The position numbers and the translations under genes were made by a program. The notes beneath the pieces are model-generated. The model was given only the letters and a program-made list of their open reading frames with translations. It was not told where the DNA came from and ran no database searches. Of a stretch of 64,000 bases of DNA, positions 1 through 9,051 are shown piece after piece. Origin of the DNA: Escherichia coli. GTDB lineage: Bacteria > Pseudomonadota > Gammaproteobacteria > Enterobacterales > Enterobacteriaceae. Within the stretch, counting starts at the first letter, position 1; each line of letters starts with the position of its first letter. The stretch lies in assembly GCF_003018255.1 (NCBI RefSeq), contig NZ_CP027440.1. The stretch is one strand, 5' to 3'.

Positions 1-180
1 CAACGCTCGTCCTACTTCCGATGCCGGGACAGAAAAAGAACCCTGCATCAGACCGAATATCAGTATTCCAACCGCAAACAGAAACAGCCCACCAAGCAAC
101 AGCAGATTTTTAGGGCGTACCAGTGTCGAAAACTTACCAACACGTAGTGGGCGTAGCCCGACGTTCATTATCCGACTCAT
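1..180 (-). CDS. iron-siderophore ABC transporter permease (FecCD family), 5' part only; gene runs off the window start
   Basis: Minus-strand ATG at 180-178 overlaps the TGA stop (179-177) of the upstream permease. Translation MSRIMNVGLRPLRVGKFSTLVRPKNLLLLGGLFLFAVGILIFGLMQG is a typical hydrophobic FecCD N-terminus. Absent from the ORF track because it has no in-window stop. Confidence 0.5.
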   Translation of the reverse strand, partial: MSRIMNVGLRPLRVGKFSTLVRPKNLLLLGGLFLFAVGILIFGLMQGSFSVPASEVGRAL

Positions 181-1160
181 TTGAACATCCTCGTCGCCAT
201 AATGACAAAAACAGGCGCACCAACTAACGCCGTCATGACACCGGTCGCTAACTCATGGGGCGTGAAAAGCGTCCGGGCAATAATATCTGCCAGTAATAAC
301 AAAAGTGCGCCGACACAAGCTGAAAGAGGGAGCAGAACGCGCAGATCCGCTGATACCAGACGCCGGACAATCTGCGGTACCAACAGGCCGACAAAACCAA
401 TGGGGCCAGCAATCGATACGGCTGCGCCACAGAGCAACGCGATCGCAAGCAGGGTAAATGTTCGCGTGCGGAGTACAGAGACGCCCAGCCCCTGCGCCAT
501 GCGATCGCCCAGTGCCAACATGTTAAGGTAGGGTGCAAGGTAAAGGGCTAACACAAATCCCCCCAGAGAAAACCAGGCGGACGTACCCAGCGTCGCCCAA
601 TCCTGCCCCGCTAAATCACCTGCTAGCCATGTCCGCATCGCCAGCAGTGTTTGTTCGTCAAGAATCAGGATTGCAGCCGTTATTGAGGACACGAACGCCG
701 ATAGCGCCACGCCGCATAAAGTAACTTTCATTGGCGTTACCCCTGAACGCCCTGCGGAGGAAAGCAGCAATATCAACAGGAACAATAACGCGCCCCCCGT
801 AGATGCCAGCAGTGGGCGTCCAACCGGAAAGGCCAGTCCAAGCGCACTGGCGGCAACGACAGCAAGAGCGGCTCCGGCATTTAAGCCTAAAATATGTGGC
901 TCCCCCAATGGGTTACGAATGACAGCCTGCAACAAAGCACCAGCAACACCAAGAGAAGCACCGGTAAGCAATGCTGCCGCTAAACGCGGCAAACGGAGTC
1001 TTACAATTACGTTGTGATCGAAGTTTTGCGGATCAAAATGAAGAAATGCCTGCAACACCGTTTGTGGTGCAATAAATCGGGCACCAATCCCTGGATATAC
1101 CACGCATCCCACCAGCAGTAAGGCGAGGAAAATTACAGTAACCAGCCCTGTGCGCATCAT
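177..1160 (-). CDS. iron-siderophore/B12-type ABC transporter permease (FecCD family)
   Basis: 327 aa polytopic membrane protein with FecCD-like C-terminal region (GAPVFV...); ATGA overlap with the upstream ATPase gene and with the next permease. Confidence 0.85.
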   Translation of the reverse strand: MMRTGLVTVIFLALLLVGCVVYPGIGARFIAPQTVLQAFLHFDPQNFDHNVIVRLRLPRLAAALLTGASLGVAGALLQAVIRNPLGEPHILGLNAGAALAVVAASALGLAFPVGRPLLASTGGALLFLLILLLSSAGRSGVTPMKVTLCGVALSAFVSSITAAILILDEQTLLAMRTWLAGDLAGQDWATLGTSAWFSLGGFVLALYLAPYLNMLALGDRMAQGLGVSVLRTRTFTLLAIALLCGAAVSIAGPIGFVGLLVPQIVRRLVSADLRVLLPLSACVGALLLLLADIIARTLFTPHELATGVMTALVGAPVFVIMATRMFK

Positions 1161-1966
1161 ACTTTTTCTACACCACGAAACGGCATGAAGAACGGCTTTC
1201 CCGTCAGAGGATTTATTGATGCGTGAACATCAACGTCAAAGACAGCTTTTACCAGCTCAGGCGTGCAATGCTCCCCCTCATTCAACACACGCACCACTTT
1301 CCCCTGGCGTAAAAATATCAACGTATCGCCATAATTGACGGCAAAATTCAGATCATGCAACACCACGACGACTGTACGCCCGTGATGACGCGTTAAATCA
1401 TGTAATAACTCAAGAATTTCAACCTGATAACGTAAATCAAGCCAGGTTGTGGGTTCATCCAGCAGGATATAAGGCGTCTTTTGCGCCAACACCATCGCAA
1501 TCCAGCAACGCTGGCGCTGCCCACCAGAGAGTTTTTCAACAGGTAAATGTGCAAACTCCTGCGTACCGGTTAATTTCAGGGCCTCTTCCACCGCCTGCTC
1601 ATCGGCGTCGCTCCATTGACGTATGAAATTTTGCCAGGGAAAACGCCCACGCGACACCAGTTCATAAACGGTTAAGCCCTCCGGCAATAATGGCGACTGC
1701 GGCAAGATCCCAAGTCTACGGGATAACGCTTTCGTTGGTTGCTCGTGAATCGCTTTGCCATCAAGCAATATCGAACCGCCCATAGGTTGCAAGATACGTG
1801 CAATGGTGCTGAGCAACGTCGACTTTCCACAGCCGTTTGCCCCAACCAGAACGGTCATTTTTTCTGTGGGAACGGAGAAAGAAACACCATCAACAATGAT
1901 CTTCTTGTGATACCCGGCAGAAACATTGTCGAGGATCAGCCCCTGCCCTTTTGCGTTATGTGCCAC
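1157..1966 (-). CDS. ABC transporter ATP-binding protein, FecE/FepC-like (iron-siderophore import)
   Basis: 269 aa; Walker A GANGCGKST, ABC signature LSGGQRQR, Walker B ILLDEPT; first gene of a minus-strand operon divergent from the TonB-dependent receptor. Confidence 0.9.
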   Translation of the reverse strand: MAHNAKGQGLILDNVSAGYHKKIIVDGVSFSVPTEKMTVLVGANGCGKSTLLSTIARILQPMGGSILLDGKAIHEQPTKALSRRLGILPQSPLLPEGLTVYELVSRGRFPWQNFIRQWSDADEQAVEEALKLTGTQEFAHLPVEKLSGGQRQRCWIAMVLAQKTPYILLDEPTTWLDLRYQVEILELLHDLTRHHGRTVVVVLHDLNFAVNYGDTLIFLRQGKVVRVLNEGEHCTPELVKAVFDVDVHASINPLTGKPFFMPFRGVEKV

Positions 1967-2218
1967 GTGTACGCCAACTTAATCAAAGACAAACAAAAAT
2001 AAAACTCATTCTCCTTTGAGAGTTTGACGCCACAAAATGTAGTAGTCAAGCAGTTAAAAGCCACACAAAAACAAGGTAAATAACAGGTAAAATATTTTTA
2101 TACATAAAAATAAAAACATTAAATATCAATAAATTAAAAGCAATCAAATTGTATAAGCCTTTCATAAAAACACATGTAGCAATTTTTTGTTATTTCTCAT
2201 TTACTACTACATTACTGC

Positions 2219-2241
2219 GTGATTGAATGATTCTCAATTAC
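2219..2241. promoter_or_regulatory. weak candidate Fur box in the divergent promoter region between ABC operon and receptor gene
   Basis: GATTGAATGATTCTCAATTA has partial hexamer similarity to the Fur consensus GATAATGATAATCATTATC (about 11 of 21 by eye), inside a 370 bp AT-rich intergenic region. Confidence 0.25.
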
Positions 2242-2339
2242 ATATCCGATGGCGAAATAACAAACGGATAGTGCTTAGTGAGCAATAAGAAACAATTTTC
2301 ACTCGCGACAATCCGCGAGTTTTTGGGATAACAGACTAA

Positions 2340-4481
2340 ATGGCTATGTTCACACCTTCATTCTCAGGACTCAAAGGTCGGGCGCTCTTTTCACTGCTTT
2401 TTGCGGCACCGATGATTCATGCAACAGACTCTGTAACGACCAAAGATGGCGAAACAATCACTGTTACAGCAGATGCAAATACCGCAACTGAGGCAACCGA
2501 TGGTTATCAACCTCTGAGCACCTCCACGGCGACATTAACCGATATGCCGATGCTGGATATCCCGCAGGTGGTCAATACGGTTAGCGATCAGGTTCTGGAA
2601 AACCAGAATGCGACGACGCTGGATGAGGCGCTTTATAACGTCAGTAACGTGGTACAGACCAATACATTAGGCGGGACTCAGGATGCTTTTGTACGCCGTG
2701 GGTTTGGCGCAAACCGGGATGGCTCCATCATGACCAACGGTCTGCGAACCGTACTTCCTCGCAGTTTCAACGCCGCCACAGAACGTGTGGAAGTGCTAAA
2801 AGGCCCGGCCTCCACGCTGTATGGCATTCTCGATCCTGGCGGACTGATTAACGTCGTGACCAAGCGCCCGGAAAAAACATTCCATGGTTCGGTTTCAGCC
2901 ACCTCCTCCAGTTTTGGTGGCGGCACTGGGCAACTTGATATCACAGGTCCCATTGAAGGCACTCAGCTGGCGTATCGCCTTACCGGGGAAGTGCAGGATG
3001 AAGATTACTGGCGAAACTTCGGTAAAGAGCGCAGTACATTTATTGCCCCGTCACTCACCTGGTTTGGTGATAATGCAACAGTAACCATGCTCTATTCCCA
3101 TCGGGACTATAAAACTCCGTTCGATCGTGGAACGATTTTCGACCTTACGACGAAACAGCCCGTAAACGTTGATCGAAAAATACGTTTTGACGAACCGTTT
3201 AATATTACAGATGGTCAGTCCGATCTGGCGCAACTCAACGCAGAATATCATCTCAATAGCCAGTGGACAGCGCGCTTTGATTACAGCTACAGCCAGGATA
3301 AATACAGCGATAATCAGGCGCGTGTTACCGCGTATGATGCAACGACAGGAACACTGACACGGCGTGTTGATGCAACTCAGGGATCTACCCAGCGTATGCA
3401 TGCTACTCGTGCGGATCTGCAAGGGAATGTTGATATTGCCGGATTCTATAATGAGATTCTGGGTGGGGTGTCATATGAATATTATGATCTTCTGCGTACA
3501 GATATGATTCGCTGTAAAAAAGCTAAAGATTTCAATATCTACAACCCTGTTTATGGTAATACCAGCAAATGTACAACGGTTTCGGCGTCGGACAGTGATC
3601 AGACGATCAAACAGGAGAGCTACTCAGCGTATGCACAGGACGCACTCTATCTGACCGATAACTGGATTGCCGTCGCCGGGATCCGCTATCAGTATTACAC
3701 GCAGTATGCGGGTAAAGGCCGTCCTTTTAATGTCAATACTGACAGCCGCGATGAACAATGGACTCCCAAACTGGGGTTGGTCTACAAACTGACGCCATCG
3801 GTATCCTTATTTGCCAATTATTCGCAAACATTTATGCCGCAGTCGTCAATTGCCAGCTACATTGGCGATCTTCCACCGGAATCATCTAATGCTTACGAAG
3901 TCGGGGCAAAATTCGAGCTATTCGATGGTATCACCGCAGATATTGCGCTGTTTGATATCCATAAACGTAATGTGTTGTATACCGAAAGTGTTGGTGATGA
4001 AACCATTGCCAAAACGGCAGGCCGTGTTCGTTCAAGAGGGGTAGAAGTCGACCTTGCGGGAGCATTAACTGAAAACATTAATATCATTGCCAGCTACGGC
4101 TATACCGATGCTAAGGTTCTGGAAGATCCTGATTATGCAGGTAAACCATTGCCGAATGTTCCTCGTCATACCGGTTCGCTATTCCTGACCTATGACATTC
4201 ATAACATGCCTGGCAATAACACACTGACGTTTGGCGGTGGTGGACATGGCGTAAGCCGTCGTTCGGCAACCAATGGGGCTGACTATTATCTGCCAGGCTA
4301 TTTTGTTGCCGATGCCTTCGCCGCATACAAAATGAAATTGCAGTATCCGGTCACACTGCAATTAAACGTCAAAAACCTGTTTGATAAAACGTATTACACC
4401 TCTTCCATCGCCACAAATAATCTGGGGAATCAGATTGGCGATCCGCGTGAAGTGCAATTCACGGTGAAAATGGAATTTTGA
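2340..4481 (+). CDS. TonB-dependent outer-membrane siderophore receptor (FhuA/FhuE-like)
   Basis: 713 aa; signal peptide; TonB-box-like ETITVTA near the N-terminus; plug-domain motifs; C-terminal aromatic residue (VKMEF) typical of OM beta-barrels. Confidence 0.9.
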   Translation: MAMFTPSFSGLKGRALFSLLFAAPMIHATDSVTTKDGETITVTADANTATEATDGYQPLSTSTATLTDMPMLDIPQVVNTVSDQVLENQNATTLDEALYNVSNVVQTNTLGGTQDAFVRRGFGANRDGSIMTNGLRTVLPRSFNAATERVEVLKGPASTLYGILDPGGLINVVTKRPEKTFHGSVSATSSSFGGGTGQLDITGPIEGTQLAYRLTGEVQDEDYWRNFGKERSTFIAPSLTWFGDNATVTMLYSHRDYKTPFDRGTIFDLTTKQPVNVDRKIRFDEPFNITDGQSDLAQLNAEYHLNSQWTARFDYSYSQDKYSDNQARVTAYDATTGTLTRRVDATQGSTQRMHATRADLQGNVDIAGFYNEILGGVSYEYYDLLRTDMIRCKKAKDFNIYNPVYGNTSKCTTVSASDSDQTIKQESYSAYAQDALYLTDNWIAVAGIRYQYYTQYAGKGRPFNVNTDSRDEQWTPKLGLVYKLTPSVSLFANYSQTFMPQSSIASYIGDLPPESSNAYEVGAKFELFDGITADIALFDIHKRNVLYTESVGDETIAKTAGRVRSRGVEVDLAGALTENINIIASYGYTDAKVLEDPDYAGKPLPNVPRHTGSLFLTYDIHNMPGNNTLTFGGGGHGVSRRSATNGADYYLPGYFVADAFAAYKMKLQYPVTLQLNVKNLFDKTYYTSSIATNNLGNQIGDPREVQFTVKMEF

Positions 4482-4488
4482 TCAAAAA

Positions 4489-4510
4489 AGCCCGGTATGT
4501 TTACCGGGCT
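4489..4510. terminator. hairpin between convergent receptor gene and GPH transporter gene
   Basis: AGCCCGGTA-tgtt-TACCGGGCT perfect stem, preceded by an A-run (T-run on the minus strand). Confidence 0.5.
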
Positions 4511-4588
4511 GAGACTGATGACAAACTCCAAATTGTCTGATGCGCTACGCCCATCAGATCTACCATAGAAATTCAATATATTAAATTT

Positions 4589-5929
4589 TCATATATTTTT
4601 AGGCTGTAAACACACCTTAATCTGTTCGTAATATTCATTATTAATCAGATAAAATCTCATGATGAGTCCGGTAATCAGGTTAAGTATCGCGGGAATGATC
4701 GTCATTAACAGGCAGATCCCCCACAACGCCTGTGGTGTTTGTTCTACGCCAGGTTGATAGTCCATAAACGCTAAAGCGATTCCGATAAACCCTCCCGCCA
4801 GTCCCATACCAAACTTTTGAAAAAAGAGAATCCCGCCAAATGCCAGTCCAGAAACACGTTGCCCCGTTTTCATTTCACCATAATCCACTGACTCAGCAAT
4901 GGATGCCCAATAAATGGGAAGCTGAATATCAGTCAGAAAGGTCACCACAATATAAAATGTAAAAGCTAACACTATAGAATTTGGTTGCACGAAATACATC
5001 GCACCACCCACCACGAACGCCAGTAATTGGGTATAACGAAATATTTTTATTTTGTCGTAGAGTCGAGTAAGCCAGGTGCAAGCGATCATAGCCAGAACAG
5101 AGGCGATCACGCCTGAAGTTAAAAACGGTGAAATTAAAGCATCCCCACCATTCAGGTAATATTTTGCATAATATGCAGCGACAGAGTTACGAATAATCCC
5201 GCCAAACATAATGATCGCAATTACAGCGCCCAAAATGAGCCATTGATCATTTTTGATCAGTAACCGAAACTGCGCGGCCATACCGAGACTGGGTTTTGGA
5301 TGGTAGATGCGCTCTCTCACGCTAAAAAAACAATACAGGCATAAACACGTTGCCAGAATTCCCATTGCCCCCATTGCTATTTGATAACCCAGTTGTACGT
5401 TATTCTTCCCAAGATACATTGCAGATAAAGGAACAATAATTGTTACGGCGAACATGGCAATTTTTGTCATAACAAAACGATAACCATTGGCGCTCAATCG
5501 CTCTTGTGGATCATCCGTGATAACGCTGATTAATGAAACATAAGGAATAGCGATTAACGTATAGGTCAAGGTAAGTAACACATAGGTAGCCCAAGCCCAT
5601 AAAAGCTTAACTGAATAATCGGTATTAGGTGTGGTGAACATCAACCAAATGCTTATCCCAAACGGTATTGACATAAAAAGCAACCACGGCCGATATTTTC
5701 CCCAACGTGTATTCGTTCTGTCTGTCATTGTTCCCACAACTGGATCAATCACAGCATCAAGGATACGTACAGAAAATAACAGAATACCTAAGTCGACGGG
5801 TTTCAGACCAAATACATCCGTGTAAAAATAAGTGATGATCATGGCCAAAGACATCATTACTATCGCGATAGCCATATCACCAGCACCAAAACCTATCTTT
5901 TCATTTATTGTAAGTTTCATACACAGCAC
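4589..5929 (-). CDS. GPH-family (glycoside-pentoside-hexuronide) cation symporter
   Basis: About 445 aa polytopic protein; N-terminal GPH/MelB-type signature YFYTDVFGL...RILDAVIDPVVGTMTDRTNTRWGKYRPWLL; true start may be the second Met (5920). Confidence 0.85.
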   Translation of the reverse strand: MLCMKLTINEKIGFGAGDMAIAIVMMSLAMIITYFYTDVFGLKPVDLGILLFSVRILDAVIDPVVGTMTDRTNTRWGKYRPWLLFMSIPFGISIWLMFTTPNTDYSVKLLWAWATYVLLTLTYTLIAIPYVSLISVITDDPQERLSANGYRFVMTKIAMFAVTIIVPLSAMYLGKNNVQLGYQIAMGAMGILATCLCLYCFFSVRERIYHPKPSLGMAAQFRLLIKNDQWLILGAVIAIIMFGGIIRNSVAAYYAKYYLNGGDALISPFLTSGVIASVLAMIACTWLTRLYDKIKIFRYTQLLAFVVGGAMYFVQPNSIVLAFTFYIVVTFLTDIQLPIYWASIAESVDYGEMKTGQRVSGLAFGGILFFQKFGMGLAGGFIGIALAFMDYQPGVEQTPQALWGICLLMTIIPAILNLITGLIMRFYLINNEYYEQIKVCLQPKNI

Positions 5930-6010
5930 TCATTGATTACGTGAACTTATATTAAAAACAAATATATCTGAACTCATTCAGCACATAACTTTACGAGTGA
6001 GCATAAATGC

Positions 6011-6025
6011 ATTGGTTGATACCAC
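6011..6025. promoter_or_regulatory. candidate operator dyad TTGGT-N4-ACCAC (site 1)
   Basis: ATTGGTTGATACCAC in the divergent intergenic region, about 90 bp upstream of the GPH transporter start; same dyad ends as site 2. Confidence 0.35.
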
Positions 6026-6173
6026 AACAAACCATTGAGTCAATATTGAGCAACATCACATAAAAACCAATTTCACTTAATCTCATGATTTATATATTTA
6101 ATTGTGGTTTTTTCTGTTTTATGTCACAGATAGTGAACAAGCACCATGCGTAATAAAAGTTAAAGAATGTAGA

Positions 6174-6188
6174 GTTGGTATCAACCAC
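6174..6188. promoter_or_regulatory. candidate operator dyad TTGGT-N4-ACCAC (site 2)
   Basis: GTTGGTATCAACCAC just upstream of the RBS of the GntR-family gene; the central 4 nt are the reverse complement of site 1. Confidence 0.35.
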
Positions 6189-6206
6189 TTGAAATGAGGC
6201 TTTGTC

Positions 6207-6959
6207 ATGATAAAAATTTATAAAGCCAGTAAAGGTCAGCTAAAGCATCGTGAAATCTTTGATGAAATAAAGAAAAAAGTAGATAACGGTGAATGGAAAG
6301 AAGGCAAAGCCATACCGACAGAAAGGGAATTGTCAGAATATTATTTAAGTAGCAGAACAACTATTCGAAAGGCAATAGAAAGTCTTAAACAACGCGGCTA
6401 CCTGCATAGTGTCCACGGGCAAGGAACATTTGTATTGCCTTCTCGTAGTAGAGAAAATCATTTATTGCATAGTTTTACCGACGATATTAAAGCTCGAGGT
6501 GGTATACCAGCACAGAATATTCTTGAGATAGGCTATGTTCCTGTCAGTGATGTTATCAGAAAAAATCTCGACCTGGATATCCATATCCAAACCGTATTCT
6601 GTATAAAACGCGTTCGCTATATGGGAAGTACCCCCCTGGGTATTCAGACATCATGGCTTGCATTAAATGACAGGCAAGAAATAACCCAAGAAGATCTGCT
6701 GGCGACGGGTTCGCTCTATATTTTACTGGAAGAAAAACTCGCTATTAAACCTTTAGAAGCAACAGAAATTATCTCTGCCCGGCTTCCCTCGCCCCTTGAG
6801 CGTCAATTACTGGAACTGACTGCCGATGATGTCGTATTAAGTTGTACCCGCGTCACGTTATCCGTGGAACGCAAACCAATGGAGTATGTAGAGATGGTGT
6901 ATCCCGCAAGCCGGTACTCCTACAAAGCACGAATTACAAAAGACAGTTTTAGCGTGTAA
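6207..6959 (+). CDS. GntR-family transcriptional regulator, HutC/FrlR-like (HTH plus UTRA-type C-terminal domain)
   Basis: 250 aa; N-terminal GntR HTH pattern (ERELSEYYLSSRTTIRKAIESL...GYL.SVHGQGTFV); first gene of a tightly packed co-directional array. Confidence 0.85.
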   Translation: MIKIYKASKGQLKHREIFDEIKKKVDNGEWKEGKAIPTERELSEYYLSSRTTIRKAIESLKQRGYLHSVHGQGTFVLPSRSRENHLLHSFTDDIKARGGIPAQNILEIGYVPVSDVIRKNLDLDIHIQTVFCIKRVRYMGSTPLGIQTSWLALNDRQEITQEDLLATGSLYILLEEKLAIKPLEATEIISARLPSPLERQLLELTADDVVLSCTRVTLSVERKPMEYVEMVYPASRYSYKARITKDSFSV

Positions 6960-6972
6960 CAGAGAGAATATT

Positions 6973-8049
6973 GTGAACAAAATAGAACAAGCTGTAATTT
7001 ATAACAAAATATTAGGTTCTTTAGCCTGCGCAGGTATGGGCGATGCATTAGGCGCAGCGACTGAACTCTACAGCATTGATGAAATAAAAGCTCAATGGGG
7101 AGGTTTTTTAAATGCCTTTGTTTCTCCTCCTGCCGATACATTCGCTGGCTCATTAAATGGTATTGCGGGACTTATCACCGACGATTCCAGCCAAATGTAT
7201 GTGTTTTCAGAAGGGTTAATTGAGGCTGGATTTGATAACTTCACCAATAATGACTGGTTAGCTTGTCTTCTGCGTTGGGCCGATATGCAGCCCTACGCAA
7301 ATTATAAAGGCCCCACAACAGAACAAATCGTCAAGGCACTAAAAGAAGGTAGACCAACAAACACCATTGGGCGTATTGGAACATCTTCTCGTCAGGCACC
7401 CAATGTCGGCACCACGAATGGAGCAGGAATGCGTGTAGCCCCTGCAGGATTGATCTGGCCAGGCAAGAAAGAAAAAGCGTGTCACCTGGCGCTAATAACT
7501 TGCCTACCTTCGCATGACACCAATATTGCGATTGCCAGCGCTTGCGCCATCGCTGCGGCGACATCACAAGCTATGTTACCAGAAGCTTCGCTCACATCAT
7601 TACTGGACGCCGCAATCTGGGGAGCGAATTACGGCGAACGCCTGGCCAAACAATATGCACGATGTGTCGCAGGGCCATCTATCGCCATGCGCATCCAACT
7701 TGCAGCGGACATCGCCAGACGAGCCAATGACCTGGAGTCTTGTCTGCGAGAAATGGAAGGTTTGGTTGGTAACTCTGTTGCCGCCCATGAATCCATTCCT
7801 GCGGCAATCGGTCTATTGCTGTACTGCAAAGGAGAACCCTGGGAAACCATTCATGCCTGCGCCAATATTGGCAATGACACCGATAGCATCGCTACGATGG
7901 CAGGCGCAATTGCAGGGGCATGGCGCGGTTTTGATGCGCTCCCTGAAGATAAATATGCCTTTTTCCGCGCCGTAAATAATAAAGATTTCGATATTGAAGC
8001 GATCGCATCGGGTCTGACATTGCTTGCATTAGAGGCACAGGAGAAATAA
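6973..8049 (+). CDS. ADP-ribosylglycohydrolase-family (DraG/ARH-like) hydrolase
   Basis: 358 aa; GTG start 14 nt after the regulator stop; N-terminal GSLACAGMGDALGAATE and C-terminal GNDTDSIATMAGAIAGA match the two metal-binding signature regions of the family. Confidence 0.8.
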   Translation: MNKIEQAVIYNKILGSLACAGMGDALGAATELYSIDEIKAQWGGFLNAFVSPPADTFAGSLNGIAGLITDDSSQMYVFSEGLIEAGFDNFTNNDWLACLLRWADMQPYANYKGPTTEQIVKALKEGRPTNTIGRIGTSSRQAPNVGTTNGAGMRVAPAGLIWPGKKEKACHLALITCLPSHDTNIAIASACAIAAATSQAMLPEASLTSLLDAAIWGANYGERLAKQYARCVAGPSIAMRIQLAADIARRANDLESCLREMEGLVGNSVAAHESIPAAIGLLLYCKGEPWETIHACANIGNDTDSIATMAGAIAGAWRGFDALPEDKYAFFRAVNNKDFDIEAIASGLTLLALEAQEK

Positions 8050-9047
8050 TGAACATGCCAGCCCGTACTCCTGTTATGCCATTAGCGCAAACTCGTGAGG
8101 AGATAAATGCTACGGCGGCATCGTTACGCCATTTGGCAGCTATCTGGGGTGAATGTTTTTCTACTTTTCAGCTCGATAAACGTGCTGTTGAACGCGTCTG
8201 TATAGTGGGATCGGGCGACTCCTGGACGGTGGCACTATGTGCCGCCGCCTGGCTGGGGAAATACACACATCTGTTTTGTTACGCATTGCAAACGTGGGAT
8301 TTTCTTCAGACTGATTTAACCCGTTATCAGAAAGAAACGTTAATCATTATTCTCAGTGCAAGTGGCAGACCATCAATGACCGTTGACGCCCTCTGCCACG
8401 CAGTATGCTCAAACGCGCAAGTGCTGGGTGTGACGAATTGCCCTGGAACACCATTTTGCGCAATAACAGAAAACATGCTCTATACATGGGCGAATAAGCA
8501 GGGTATTCCAACGCAAAGTAGTAGCGTCACACTTTATGCCCTCCTGCGCTTAGCGCAAAAATTATGTCCAGGCTTAACACCACTGCAGATTGAAGATGAT
8601 TTGGAAGGGAAATTTAGCCAGATTAATCAGCACTGGCAGCAAAAGAAGCGCCATTTTTACCAACAAAAAGAGATAACGTTTCTTGGGAGTGGCTTAAGTT
8701 GGGGACTGGCAATATCGGGGAGCAATTTACTTTCTTGCGGCCCACAGATTCGTGCGACAGCCCTTCCACTGGAAGAATTTTATCATTCATTACGCTTACA
8801 TCAGGCTGGTGTCGGTCAGCATTATATTTTACTACCAGCCACATCCTGCGAGTCCCCATTTTACCTTGCAACCCAAAAAGCAATTGTTGAACAGGGAGCG
8901 ACAGCAGAATTAATCAGTTTTATACCTGACGCCAGTGAGTCCAACAATTTATTTCTGGTCATGCAGTGGTTATATGAAATGTGCTGGAATTTAAGTTGTG
9001 ATTATGTCGACGCAGGCGGGCAACGCGTTAGCCATAGGGAGAAATAA
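8049..9047 (+). CDS. double SIS-domain sugar-phosphate isomerase/deglycase-like protein
   Basis: 332 aa; start overlaps the upstream stop (TAATG); SIS motifs VCIVGSGDSWTVAL...LIIILSASGRPSMTVDAL...VLGVTN and a second GSGLSW repeat; unusually Cys/Trp rich. Confidence 0.65.
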   Translation: MNMPARTPVMPLAQTREEINATAASLRHLAAIWGECFSTFQLDKRAVERVCIVGSGDSWTVALCAAAWLGKYTHLFCYALQTWDFLQTDLTRYQKETLIIILSASGRPSMTVDALCHAVCSNAQVLGVTNCPGTPFCAITENMLYTWANKQGIPTQSSSVTLYALLRLAQKLCPGLTPLQIEDDLEGKFSQINQHWQQKKRHFYQQKEITFLGSGLSWGLAISGSNLLSCGPQIRATALPLEEFYHSLRLHQAGVGQHYILLPATSCESPFYLATQKAIVEQGATAELISFIPDASESNNLFLVMQWLYEMCWNLSCDYVDAGGQRVSHREK

Positions 9048-9051
9048 GACT

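Noticed and set aside
1966-2340. Strong Fur box in the siderophore-locus promoter region
   Set aside because: Only a weak match (GATTGAATGATTCTCAATTA) was found. It is kept as a low-confidence feature rather than asserted as a Fur site.
4511-4560. Possible REP element after the TonB-dependent receptor gene (CTGATGCGCTACGCCCATCAG)
   Set aside because: It is a short palindrome without the canonical REP consensus (GCCGGATGCGGCG...); more likely part of the terminator region.
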